From Eubacteriales bacterium (GTDB lineage: Bacteria > Bacillota > Clostridia > Oscillospirales > CAG-272): a stretch of 64,000 nt of DNA. A program made the position numbers and the translations under genes. Below are positions 1 to 9,186 of the stretch, in pieces (position 1 is the first letter of the stretch; each line of letters opens with the position of its first letter). The stretch is from contig JAZOVZ010000078.1 of NCBI GenBank assembly GCA_045658965.1, forward strand, positions 1,252 through 65,251. Direction: 5' to 3'. The notes under the pieces are model-generated. The model searched no databases, had not been told where the DNA came from, and saw only the letters and a list, made by a program, of their open reading frames with translations.

Positions 1-117
1 GATCTTCTCGGGCAGCGGCTTTGAGGGGTTCATAGGTCTGTCCGGCTGCTTCTGCTCGCATGAGCACGCGAAAATCGCCAGCAAGGCAAGGATCACAAGT
101 AAAAATCTCTGTTTCAT
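1..117 (-). CDS. lipoprotein, N-terminal fragment (gene continues beyond window start)
   Basis: Reverse complement reads MKQRFLLVILALLAIFACSCEQKQPDRPMNPSKPLPEKI. This is a signal peptide plus lipobox Cys resembling the SCSCGQQEQQ leaders at 3282-6812. A GAGAGG RBS-like purine run lies upstream of the ATG at 115-117. Absent from the ORF track because it is truncated. Confidence 0.5.
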   Translation of the reverse strand, partial: MKQRFLLVILALLAIFACSCEQKQPDRPMNPSKPLPEKI

Positions 118-197
118 ATATTTCCTCTCTCAATGATATGAATAAGGTAAATCTTCCGCATTCAGGTTCGTTTTTATATTTCAAATAGCCTTTGACT

Positions 198-1112
198 TTA
201 CAATTGCTGTCCAAACACGTAGAGGTAATAATCCTCCAAAGTAGGATTTGTGGGCTTGGCATCGGCAAAGGGCTGCTTGTCTGACAGGATGCGCAGCGTG
301 ACCATGTGCTCAGCCGTGTCGGATTTGGCAATGCCCGTAACCGTGAACTTGTTCTGCATTGCGGACACCTCGTCCTCGCGCACGTCTGCCGTCCAGACCT
401 TGTCCGTGATCTCTTGCAAAAGCTCCTGCTGAGGTGCCATGCAAAGCACCTCGCCCTTGCGCAGCATGATGATCTCTTTTGCGATAAACTCCACGTCGGA
501 CACCACGTGCGTGGCAATGATGACGATCTTATTCATGGCGATGCGCGAGATGTAGTTGCGCACGGCAATGCGCTGCTTGGGGTCAAGACCGGCGGTGGGC
601 TCGTCTAAAATCAAAATTTTGGAGTCACCCAGCACCGCCTGTGCAAGGGCAAGGCGTTGCTTCATGCCGCCCGAAAGTGTACTGATTCTGCGGTGAGATA
701 CGTCGGACAGCTCCACCGCCTGCAAAACGCCGTCGATCTGTGCCTTGATCAATGCTTTTCTCTCCCTTTCGCCAAGGTCGCTGCCCACGTCCTTGAGCGT
801 GGCGATATACCAAAGAAACTCTTCTAAGGTAAAGTTACCGTACATGCCGGGATACTGCGGCATAAAGCCCAGGTGCTTACGAAACCGCTTGCCCATGTCA
901 GCAATGTCCTCGGGTTCGTTTGTGCCGTCCGCAAAGGTGATGTGCCCCGCGTCTGCCTTGAGATTGCCCGTGAGAATATTCATCAGCGTGGTCTTGCCCG
1001 AGCCGTTGGGGCCAAGCAATGCGTACACGCCCTCGCTCAGCTCGACCGAAAAATGCTGCAGCGCACGGGTCTTGCCGTAGGATTTACTGATATCGTAAAA
1101 CTTCAGAACCAT
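198..1112 (-). CDS. ABC transporter ATP-binding protein (ABC-2 type)
   Basis: Walker A GPNGSGKTT, signature LSGGMKQR and Walker B ILILDEPTAGLD are present. The start ATG directly follows the stop of the upstream permease (TAAATG). Paralog of 13854-14771. Confidence 0.92.
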   Translation of the reverse strand: MVLKFYDISKSYGKTRALQHFSVELSEGVYALLGPNGSGKTTLMNILTGNLKADAGHITFADGTNEPEDIADMGKRFRKHLGFMPQYPGMYGNFTLEEFLWYIATLKDVGSDLGERERKALIKAQIDGVLQAVELSDVSHRRISTLSGGMKQRLALAQAVLGDSKILILDEPTAGLDPKQRIAVRNYISRIAMNKIVIIATHVVSDVEFIAKEIIMLRKGEVLCMAPQQELLQEITDKVWTADVREDEVSAMQNKFTVTGIAKSDTAEHMVTLRILSDKQPFADAKPTNPTLEDYYLYVFGQQL

Positions 1113-3197
1113 TTAAGCTTCCTCCTTGTTTTTTCTGATATTGATGCACGCGAATACAGCGCACAGGGTAAGGAATACAAGCATGAGCAAAATTGCCCAA
1201 ATCATGCCGCCGTCGACAAGCATGAGCACCAGCTCGTTTCCATCCAAAAGCGCGGTCAATCTGAAATATTGCAGTACATCCACACCCATGCCGTAGACCA
1301 ACTGCGGCAGCTGCACGATCACGGTCAGCAGCATCATCGAAAGGTAGGACACCTTGATCACGCCCGTCAAGCAGTACGCAAGCACGCTTGTGAGCATACA
1401 AGCAACGTAGCGAATTACCAGCATCAGCACGGCATATTGCCAGAGCTGCAAGGTCGGTGCGACGTTTTGATAGGTTTGCAGGCTGACCAACGTAGCCCCC
1501 GCGTCCTCAAAGCGGTAGGCAAGCAGGATGGGCACGATTTGCATTGTCGAAAACACCGCGAAGAATACCGTGGTGGAAATCAGGCAAAGGGAGAGCTTGG
1601 CTCGCCCGGTTTCTCTGCGCCCGCGCACCGTGGTGGGCAGGATGCCCGCAAATTTGGAGGAATACTCGACGGCTGCCGAGAATGTGGCAACCATCAGGAT
1701 CGCCAAAAACAGCAGAATATCGTCACCCGACGAGAAGAGGGTCATCCAGCCCGTGTCGTAAAGTAAGGTCAAGCCCTCCAGCCCGCGCTCACTTTGGTAT
1801 GCGCACGCCTCCCTGACCCTTGCAAAGGGATACTCGTGCAGACAAGCGTAGTAATATTCGTTCTCGACCTGCATCATATCAAGCCCTTCGGGCAGCATAT
1901 CGGGCGTTTCATTGCGATACTTGAAATAGTTTTTGTACCCTTGCGAGATCCTTTCCCCCTCGGCGTCCAAGTAAGCCCAACGCTGCGCGTCGTCCAGAGG
2001 CGAAAGATCCTGCACGTAATCGTAATAGATCTGATCCGACTTGCTTGTATACTCCTTATACGCAAGCACGCCGCTGACCGCCGCAGCGACTAAGAGCAGC
2101 ACGACCGCCAGCACCACAACGCGGTTTTTGGCAATCTTTTTCAGCTCCCAGCCAAGCAACGCAGAGCCGCCGCGCGCCATTGCACCGCCTTTGCGCGCAC
2201 GACGCTCGCGGCTGCCAAGGCGGGTGCTCACAAACCTCTGATGCAGCAGCACTATCGCGCCCATGCAGATCAACGCTAACGCCGCATAGAAAACAAGGGT
2301 GGCGGTTACCACGGGGATGGGTCTGCCCAGCACGCGCACGCACTGGTATTTGGAAAACAGCGTGGCGGCGTCGGATGCTGCGACTACATTGCAATGGTCA
2401 AAAAAGACGTCGGTATTGAGATAGGTGCGCCCGTCCAGCAGCACGTTGCCAACGTACAAAAGCACGGCAAGCAGCAGCGACACCAGGCGGTTGCCCAGCG
2501 CGTAGGTCAAAAGCCCCACCAGCGCGCTGACGAAAACTGTCATGCAGACACGTACGCAGAATAGCAGCAGCACCGCCTGCCAGGTACGCATGGCGTAGGG
2601 CGCGACCGCAAACGCGCGGAAGCTTTGCACGTACTCGCCAAGTCCCGCAAATTCGCACGCAGGCAGCATGGCGGCAAGCGTCACGCCGAAGAACAGCGCG
2701 GTGAGCACCACCGACGAAAGCAGCATGGCAAGCAGCTTATTTGTCATATACCGCATGCGCCCGCCCGCAGACGCGTAAATGATAGGCAGCATGCCGGTCT
2801 TGCTATCCACGCCGAACAGCTGCACCGACACGAACACCGCGCAGATCAAGAGCAGCGGATTTGCCGCATTGAACGATAGATACGTATCCCAGCCGTTGAC
2901 CTTTTCTTTAGCAATCGGCAGCTCCTTGATCCCCGTATAAACGTCAATGACGTCCCGGAAGTACAGCGTGGCGTAGCTGTTCTTGGAATTATACAGGCTT
3001 TGTTGATACTGCCGCTCCGCGTTGGTTATAACGGATTTGATGGTTCTCTCGTAACGTATGGATTGCCCGGACTCGGGCGTTTGCCCTGCCTGGCGATATG
3101 CAAGCCCTGCAGAGAGCAGCAGCAAGCAAAGGATGATTGCAACCGTGAGCTTTGAAAGCCCGATCTTTCTGATTTCAAAAAACAACTGTTTCATCAT
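1113..3197 (-). CDS. polytopic membrane protein, putative double-module ABC-2 permease
   Basis: 694 aa with many hydrophobic helices. Two internal modules each open with an E(I/L)(R/K)K(I/L) amphipathic start (MMKQLFFEIRKIG and GWELKKIAKN). Translationally abutted to the ATPase. Paralog of 11498-13864. Confidence 0.75.
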   Translation of the reverse strand: MMKQLFFEIRKIGLSKLTVAIILCLLLLSAGLAYRQAGQTPESGQSIRYERTIKSVITNAERQYQQSLYNSKNSYATLYFRDVIDVYTGIKELPIAKEKVNGWDTYLSFNAANPLLLICAVFVSVQLFGVDSKTGMLPIIYASAGGRMRYMTNKLLAMLLSSVVLTALFFGVTLAAMLPACEFAGLGEYVQSFRAFAVAPYAMRTWQAVLLLFCVRVCMTVFVSALVGLLTYALGNRLVSLLLAVLLYVGNVLLDGRTYLNTDVFFDHCNVVAASDAATLFSKYQCVRVLGRPIPVVTATLVFYAALALICMGAIVLLHQRFVSTRLGSRERRARKGGAMARGGSALLGWELKKIAKNRVVVLAVVLLLVAAAVSGVLAYKEYTSKSDQIYYDYVQDLSPLDDAQRWAYLDAEGERISQGYKNYFKYRNETPDMLPEGLDMMQVENEYYYACLHEYPFARVREACAYQSERGLEGLTLLYDTGWMTLFSSGDDILLFLAILMVATFSAAVEYSSKFAGILPTTVRGRRETGRAKLSLCLISTTVFFAVFSTMQIVPILLAYRFEDAGATLVSLQTYQNVAPTLQLWQYAVLMLVIRYVACMLTSVLAYCLTGVIKVSYLSMMLLTVIVQLPQLVYGMGVDVLQYFRLTALLDGNELVLMLVDGGMIWAILLMLVFLTLCAVFACINIRKNKEEA

Positions 3198-3281
3198 TCG
3201 TAAGAATTATACTTGATATACAATGCCCTTTCTATTGCATTCAAATCGTTGTAGCGGAGGTTAGCGCGGGATCATTCCGTA

Positions 3282-4415
3282 TCACTCGTAGGGATTAAAT
3301 TTGATCAGCTTATATTCACCGGTCACCACGTTGACTACGAGCATGTCGCTCGTGCAGAAAGCTGTCCCTCCCAAAGTGTTTTCATCCGAATAGTAATTCG
3401 CTGAACTTATACCAATCCAATCGCCGCATATGTATTCGTTATTTCTGCGCGATGACGTACCTGCAAAAACAAACTCATCAATACTGCATACAAGGCGATT
3501 ATCCGAACCATCAAAGTTCATAACGTATACATCTGCACCATATTGATCAATCAGCGCTTTACCTGTTTCCGTCGTCACAACCCTCCTTGGAGTATCTAAG
3601 TATTTGAGGTAAATAACCTTGTCACCGTAGAAGTAAAAAAAGGAAATATCTTCTCCAATCAGGGTCTTCTTTCCCGTAGTAAGATCCTTACACCATAGCA
3701 TGTCATACCATGCGTTGCTATCCACCTGCCAACTATAAACGTAGTTTACCCATTCACGCTGATAGGTTTGGTTATACTCACGTTCGTCTTCTCCGCTTAA
3801 ATCTGTAGAGAAATATTTATCACCTTGTTCCCAGACAATTCTTCCGACTTCGATGGCATATATTCTCGCATACGGATACCCACAATCGATCACGTCAAAC
3901 GCATCGCTTTGCGTATCCCACCTATAAATGACGGTATTGATCAAGCCTCCGTCTGATGATTCCGACTCGGAAAAGTAGAGGTAATAATTATACGTAAACA
4001 GGCGGTTGATGACGCCATCAGAGACGCGTATTTCCTCCACCTGCATGCTGTCACCGTCATAGGAGCGCAAACACCACTGACCGTCTGTTTCCTTGGCATA
4101 ATACAAAACGTTGCCCATTGCTGCATACCCGGAAGGCGACACATTGAACGGGCAGCGTATATTATGGTCACAAAACGGATCCTGGCAAACCGTGGTCGCC
4201 GTACCCGAAGGGATGTGGTATTTTATCAGCATCAGTTGGTTCATGCTGTATATATAGTCCCCCGCAACCGTGCCGGTCTCAATCTCGCCGTACTCCAATT
4301 GACTCTCGGTGATCCTTTCATACGTAGGCAACTCCGACTGCTGCTCCTGTTGCCCGCAGGAGCAGGACAAAATAGCAAGCAGGGCAAGTAATATGATCCA
4401 TATTTTGTGTTTCAT
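3282..4415 (-). CDS. lipoprotein, DUF5050-like beta-propeller repeat protein (paralog 1)
   Basis: Signal peptide plus lipobox (LAILSCSCGQQEQQ), a Cys-rich DPFCDHNIRCPF motif and recurring aromatic YY/WY repeat strands. GAAAGGA RBS. The DUF5050 assignment is from memory. Confidence 0.8.
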   Translation of the reverse strand: MKHKIWIILLALLAILSCSCGQQEQQSELPTYERITESQLEYGEIETGTVAGDYIYSMNQLMLIKYHIPSGTATTVCQDPFCDHNIRCPFNVSPSGYAAMGNVLYYAKETDGQWCLRSYDGDSMQVEEIRVSDGVINRLFTYNYYLYFSESESSDGGLINTVIYRWDTQSDAFDVIDCGYPYARIYAIEVGRIVWEQGDKYFSTDLSGEDEREYNQTYQREWVNYVYSWQVDSNAWYDMLWCKDLTTGKKTLIGEDISFFYFYGDKVIYLKYLDTPRRVVTTETGKALIDQYGADVYVMNFDGSDNRLVCSIDEFVFAGTSSRRNNEYICGDWIGISSANYYSDENTLGGTAFCTSDMLVVNVVTGEYKLIKFNPYE

Positions 4416-4477
4416 ATGATATCCTTTCTGTTGCGATTAAATCGTTGTAGCGGAGGTCGGCGCCGGATCATTCCGTA

Positions 4478-5620
4478 TCATTCGTAAGGATTAAATTTGA
4501 TCAGTCTATATTCTCCCGTAATTACGTTGACCAACAGCATATTGGTCAGTAAAAGCTCCGGAGTATTTCCGGATGACACGTGATAGCTCTCCGAGATAAA
4601 GCCGATCCAGTCACCGCAAATAAACTCGTTGTTTCTGTCCGATGATCCGCAAAGAAAAACGAAATCCTCCACGTGACACAAAAGGCGATTATCCGAGCCA
4701 TCCAGGTTTACAATATACACGTTGCCGCCGTAGTAATCTTTGACCTCCGCGCCGCTGTCATCCATCACTATTCTCACAGGGGCAAACTTAAAGTAAACCA
4801 TCTTGTCACCGTAAACGTAGAAATCCGCTACGTCCTCTGCAATCAGCACCTCTTCTCCGACAGTGAGATCCTTACAGTATATCTTCTCATATGCTTTTCC
4901 GCCCCACTCCCAACGCAGCTTGTATTTCCCCCATTCACGGCAGTAGTCTTGCTCGTATACACGGGCATCATCGCCGTCCAGATCAGTAGAAAAGTACTTT
5001 TCTCCTTCCGCCCAAACGATCCTGCCAACCTCAATCAGCTCGATCTCGGCATACGGACGTCCACAGTCAATGACTTCAAGTGCACCGCTTCGCGTATCAA
5101 CTCTGTAAACCGTGGTTTTGGTTTCGCCTTCATTTTTCGTGGGAAGTATTTCGGTAAAATAAAGATAATAATTGTATCTGAAAAGACGGGTTAAAACTCC
5201 GTCGGAAATGCGGACTTCGTCTATTGTCATAGCGTCTCCGTCGTATGCACGCAGATGGTGTTGACCATCAATTTCGATCACATAATACAAAATATTCCCA
5301 ATAGATGCAATTCGAAACGTTCTTACGGTGAACTGACAAGAGGATGCATACCTTTCATGCGTACAAAACGGATCCTGGCACACCGGGGACACTGTTCCCG
5401 TGGGAATATGGTACTTCAGCAAAAGCGTCATACCGCCTACCTCCATAGAGCGATATATGTAATCCCCCGCAACCGTGCCTGTCTCGATCTCGCCATACTC
5501 TAATTGACTCTCGGTGATCCTTTCATACGTAGGCAACTCCGACTGCTGCTCCTGTTGCCCACAGGAGCAGGTCAAAATGGCAACCAGCGCAAGTAATATG
5601 ATCCATATTTTGTGTTTCAT
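4478..5620 (-). CDS. lipoprotein, DUF5050-like (paralog 2)
   Basis: The track ORF starts at 5650, but a GGAAAGGA RBS precedes the internal Met (MKHKIWIILLAL), which matches the start of paralog 1. N- and C-termini are near-identical to paralogs 1 and 3. Confidence 0.8.
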   Translation of the reverse strand: MKHKIWIILLALVAILTCSCGQQEQQSELPTYERITESQLEYGEIETGTVAGDYIYRSMEVGGMTLLLKYHIPTGTVSPVCQDPFCTHERYASSCQFTVRTFRIASIGNILYYVIEIDGQHHLRAYDGDAMTIDEVRISDGVLTRLFRYNYYLYFTEILPTKNEGETKTTVYRVDTRSGALEVIDCGRPYAEIELIEVGRIVWAEGEKYFSTDLDGDDARVYEQDYCREWGKYKLRWEWGGKAYEKIYCKDLTVGEEVLIAEDVADFYVYGDKMVYFKFAPVRIVMDDSGAEVKDYYGGNVYIVNLDGSDNRLLCHVEDFVFLCGSSDRNNEFICGDWIGFISESYHVSSGNTPELLLTNMLLVNVITGEYRLIKFNPYE

Positions 5621-5669
5621 GCGTTGTCCTTTCCAAGCAATGCTTTTCATAACAGCCGCGGCTGTTTTG

Positions 5670-6812
5670 TCATTCGTAAGGATTAAATTTGATCAGCTTA
5701 TACTCCTCCGTCACCACGTTGACGAATAGCATGTCTGTCAGATCAAGCATCGACGAGCCATTTTCTTTCAGATAGGAATTTTGGGAATGCATGCCCACCC
5801 AGTCACCGCACACGTATTCGTTATTCCTTTCATAAGATGTATAAAAATAATAAAAATCATCCACATGACACAAAAGATGCTTGTTTGAACCATCAAAGTT
5901 CATGATGTAGACATCGCCTCCGTAGTAATCTTTAACTATCGTTCCTGCTTCCGTAGTTACCAATCTCGGCGAATCCGATCTATAAAGATACAAAATTTTA
6001 TCACCATACATATAAAACTCTTCGATGTTCTCAGCAATCAAAATTTCTTCGTTCGTTTCGAGATCCTTTCTATATATCTCACTGTAATAGTAGTCAGACG
6101 CTGTCCAAACAACCTCCCATCTGAACATATATTTTCCCCATTCACGCTGGAGTATATTTGTATATGCACGCGCATCATCGCCCGCCAGATCGGTAGAGAT
6201 CAGATGATCTGAGACCTTCCAAATAATTCTGCCAACCACGATTGAATCTATAGTGGCATACGGATGACCGCAATCAATGACATCAAACGCATCTGTTTGC
6301 GTATCCCATCTGTATATGGTGGATTTAGTCTGCCCTTCGTTTTCGGTATAATAGGTTTCTGTAAAATACAAATAATAATTGTACGAAAACAACCCGCCCA
6401 ATACTCCGTTGGAGGTTCGGATTTCCTTTACCTGCATGCTATCCCCATCATAGGAGCGCAAATGCCACTGATCTTCTTGTTCTACTGCATAGTACAATAT
6501 ATTTCCAATAGATGCTAAATTCCGTGGGCTGACCCAAAAAGGACAGCTCCTTTGACCATGCTCACAGTACGGATCCTGACAGACCGTGGCAGCAGTTCCC
6601 GTGGGGATATGATATTTTATCAAAAATCCGGTGCCAATAGAGCGATATATGTAATCCCCCGCAACCGTGCCTGTCTCGATCTCGCCGTACTCCAATTGAC
6701 TCTCGGTGATCCTTTCATGCGTAGGCAACTCCGACTGCTGCTCCTGTTGCCCACAGGAGCAGGACAAAACGGCAACCAGCGCAAGTAATATAATCAATAT
6801 TTTGCGTTTCAT
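5670..6812 (-). CDS. lipoprotein, DUF5050-like (paralog 3)
   Basis: Same architecture. The start is moved to the internal Met MKRKILIILLAL by analogy and RBS position. It ends with the conserved KLIKFNPYE C-terminus. Confidence 0.8.
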   Translation of the reverse strand: MKRKILIILLALVAVLSCSCGQQEQQSELPTHERITESQLEYGEIETGTVAGDYIYRSIGTGFLIKYHIPTGTAATVCQDPYCEHGQRSCPFWVSPRNLASIGNILYYAVEQEDQWHLRSYDGDSMQVKEIRTSNGVLGGLFSYNYYLYFTETYYTENEGQTKSTIYRWDTQTDAFDVIDCGHPYATIDSIVVGRIIWKVSDHLISTDLAGDDARAYTNILQREWGKYMFRWEVVWTASDYYYSEIYRKDLETNEEILIAENIEEFYMYGDKILYLYRSDSPRLVTTEAGTIVKDYYGGDVYIMNFDGSNKHLLCHVDDFYYFYTSYERNNEYVCGDWVGMHSQNSYLKENGSSMLDLTDMLFVNVVTEEYKLIKFNPYE

Positions 6813-6886
6813 AAGTTGTCCTTTCCAAGCAAGGCTTTTCATAACAGCCGCGGCAAGGGCGCGACTGTTTGATAATAGACAAGACG

Positions 6887-8410
6887 TTATTTTTTTGAAT
6901 AATAAAACTTAAACGGCTGCGTGACGTCCGACGTTTGCAGATAGATAAAGTCCTTCTTTCCCATCTCACCGAAGGTCATCTCGCTCTCCCACTGCTCCTG
7001 CGTGCCGGCATAATGGAAGATCACTAAATAATCGTCGAGGGACGTTACCCTTTCCCCGCCCAAAAATTGCAGGCTTGCGGGAAGATAGATATTGAGCGTC
7101 TGCTCTACGTCCACCAGATCCTCACTTGCAAAGCAGTTTTGGTTGATCTTGAGTACGCCCTCGGGAATGTGCAGCGAGGTCTCTTTGCCAAGTCTCGTCT
7201 GCAGCGTGCAGATCGAAAAAGCGTAAGACTCCAAAATGCGAATATCTGCGTCCGCAGGGAATTTGCCGTCCTCTCGCAAATACAGCTTAAGCGTCCCCGT
7301 CTCGGTGTCTACCAGACAGCCGTCGATCATCTTCAGGGCGGAATCTTGTGCAACCGTCACCGTCTCTAAGTTCGGGAAGTTCGACCACGTCCGAGGTGTG
7401 ATCGAGGTCACGGTCTCGGGAATGGTCATGCCGGTAACACTGTGCAGATCGACGTCGCGAAAAACGGTCAGGCAAAGCTCTGCCACTTCTCTGTCCCCGC
7501 TCTTTTTTGCCATCATGATAATCTCCTGCACGCTTTGCTCGTACTTTTCCTCACTCCATTCGCAATACGTGTACAAAAGCTCATAGAGTTTATTCAACTC
7601 GAATCCCGACGCTTGGGAATCCAGCATGTATACGTCGCCAAAAGCCGTAATGGGAAACGCGCCGATCAGATACTGCAAGTACTCATCCTCAAGCCCCGTA
7701 ACCGTTTTCTTGAGATAATACGCGATGAGTCTGCTGCGATCATACGCACTGATTCCGTTTTCCTCTGCGGTTTGCAGCAGGGATTCCATAGCGGCAGGGG
7801 TTAAAACGTACGGCAGAAACGTGTTTTTCCATTTAACGCTTCTGCTGACTCCGGGGAGATCGATCGCAGTCACAACGTCACCGTTGGGCGAGGTCTCGGG
7901 GATCTCGACCGTGTACTCCCCTTCAAATGCGGAATTGGTCGTAATATACTTCAAGGTGCAGGTGCCGTCACCGTTTGAAAGGAAGTACAGACGGTAAGGC
8001 TCTCCCTGGGCAAAGGCATCCAAGGGTACAAGTCCCTTGAACTGCGGCTGCGTCAGCACGTCAAGCACGGGCGTGGTCTGAAGCAGCTCCCACATGGGCG
8101 CTGGCAGGGTCTCTTCCAACTTTTCCGCGGTCTTTGCCTGCCAGTCATAAAAGCCATCAATCTTTTCAAGCTCTGCCATCAGCGCCTCGGAATCTCCCCC
8201 CAGCACCGCTCTGCCCGCAGGATTCGTAAGCATGACAAGCGGCGTGCCGGCGCAAAGCAAAATTGCCAAGCAGGCGGCAATTGCCGTCATGCGCAAAGCC
8301 ATCATTTTTTTGGCATACTTACTTGCAAGGCGGGTGTCAATATCGTGATACCGCTCCAGAATGCGGTCGTCTACCTCGCCGATACCTCTGATCAATTTGT
8401 CATGATTCAT
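6887..8410 (-). CDS. putative anti-sigma factor: N-terminal cytoplasmic segment, one TM helix, extracellular leucine-rich-repeat (BspA-like) domain
   Basis: 4-nt ATGA overlap with the upstream sigma factor gene. A TM helix is visible (MTAIAACLAILLCAGTPLV). The C-terminal part has LRR-like repeats (IPETVTSI, ILESYAFS, IPEGVLKINQNCF). Confidence 0.65.
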   Translation of the reverse strand: MNHDKLIRGIGEVDDRILERYHDIDTRLASKYAKKMMALRMTAIAACLAILLCAGTPLVMLTNPAGRAVLGGDSEALMAELEKIDGFYDWQAKTAEKLEETLPAPMWELLQTTPVLDVLTQPQFKGLVPLDAFAQGEPYRLYFLSNGDGTCTLKYITTNSAFEGEYTVEIPETSPNGDVVTAIDLPGVSRSVKWKNTFLPYVLTPAAMESLLQTAEENGISAYDRSRLIAYYLKKTVTGLEDEYLQYLIGAFPITAFGDVYMLDSQASGFELNKLYELLYTYCEWSEEKYEQSVQEIIMMAKKSGDREVAELCLTVFRDVDLHSVTGMTIPETVTSITPRTWSNFPNLETVTVAQDSALKMIDGCLVDTETGTLKLYLREDGKFPADADIRILESYAFSICTLQTRLGKETSLHIPEGVLKINQNCFASEDLVDVEQTLNIYLPASLQFLGGERVTSLDDYLVIFHYAGTQEQWESEMTFGEMGKKDFIYLQTSDVTQPFKFYYSKK

Positions 8411-8994
8411 ATAATAATTCCCTCCTTTTCCAAAAGAATGCGCAGCTCGTGCTTGATCTCGACAAGCTCCTTGCTGACCAAGGATTGGCTGCAGGAAAGA
8501 CGCTTGGCGATCTGCGGCAGCGTCAGAGCGAAGAAATAACGGGAAACAAAAATGTACAAGCGGCGGTCGGTCGTAGCGTCCAGATACGCCGTGATCACCT
8601 TGCCGATCGTCTTTGCCTGCACCTCACGGTCAAGATCGCTGCCGTCGGGCACAAACTCCTGCACCTCGTCCAGCGGCATGCAAGCCCCTGCGGGCACGCG
8701 CTTTTTTCTGTGATCTCGCTCGTAGCGATCAAGCGAGAGATTGCGCGTGATCTTTGCCAAGAAGGCGCGGAATATGCTCGGCCGCTCGGGCGGAATGGTA
8801 TTCCACGTTTTGATATACGTATCCTGCAAGCATTCCTCGGCATCCTGCTCGTTGGATAGAATACTGTAGGCTACCGTGTGCAGATATTCACAGTATTTTT
8901 TGTCTGTCTCTGCGATGGCGCGTTCTTCTCTGGCGAAGTACAGATCAATGATCTGCTCGTCCGAAAGCAGCGACTCGCGGTTTTTCTTTCCCAT
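8407..8994 (-). CDS. RNA polymerase sigma-70 family (ECF-type) sigma factor
   Basis: 195 aa with region 2-like (DAEECLQDTYIKTW) and region 4 HTH-like (LTLPQIAKRLSCSQSLVSKEL) segments. Coupled to the downstream membrane protein. Confidence 0.85.
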   Translation of the reverse strand: MGKKNRESLLSDEQIIDLYFAREERAIAETDKKYCEYLHTVAYSILSNEQDAEECLQDTYIKTWNTIPPERPSIFRAFLAKITRNLSLDRYERDHRKKRVPAGACMPLDEVQEFVPDGSDLDREVQAKTIGKVITAYLDATTDRRLYIFVSRYFFALTLPQIAKRLSCSQSLVSKELVEIKHELRILLEKEGIII

Positions 8995-9034
8995 ATGCTC
9001 CTCCTTTGGCTATGTTGTTTGGGACGCTCACTCT

Positions 9035-9066
9035 TATAGACGGCGTTTTTTGCAAACCTTGTAAAA
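9035..9066 (-). promoter_or_regulatory. left arm of a 32-bp inverted repeat; candidate sigma-dependent promoter for 8994<-
   Basis: On the minus strand it reads TTTTACAAGGTTTGCAAAAAACGCCGTCTATA. This nearly matches 9119-9150 on the plus strand. It contains a CGTC -10-like element. Confidence 0.5.
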
Positions 9067-9118
9067 AAATCCGATTTTTTTATTATACCATAGACTTTAA
9101 GAAAACACAAGAAATCCA

Positions 9119-9150
9119 TTTTACAAGATTGCAAGAAAACGCCGTCTATA
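9119..9150 (+). promoter_or_regulatory. right arm of the 32-bp inverted repeat; candidate promoter for 9187->
   Basis: TTTTACAAGATTGCAAGAAAACGCCGTCTATA lies about 37 nt upstream of the ATG at 9187. The same word faces the divergent sigma gene. Confidence 0.5.
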
Positions 9151-9186
9151 TAAATGCAGGTATATTTATGTAAAAAGGAGTTTCGT

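Noticed and set aside
5621-5650. Conserved N-terminal extension MKS(I/L)AWKGQ(R/L) on lipoprotein paralogs 2 and 3 (also 6813-6842)
   Set aside because: The extension DNA itself encodes the GGAAAGGA ribosome-binding site for the next Met. Paralog 1 starts directly at that Met. The conservation is therefore explained by the RBS and leader, not by protein.
9035-9150. Invertible promoter switch (inverton) formed by the 32-bp inverted repeats
   Set aside because: The enclosed segment is only 52 bp and has no obvious outward promoter. No invertase or recombinase gene is nearby. Each arm sits at a sensible promoter distance from its own gene, so two copies of one promoter is the simpler reading. 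Read-orientation analysis could still test this.
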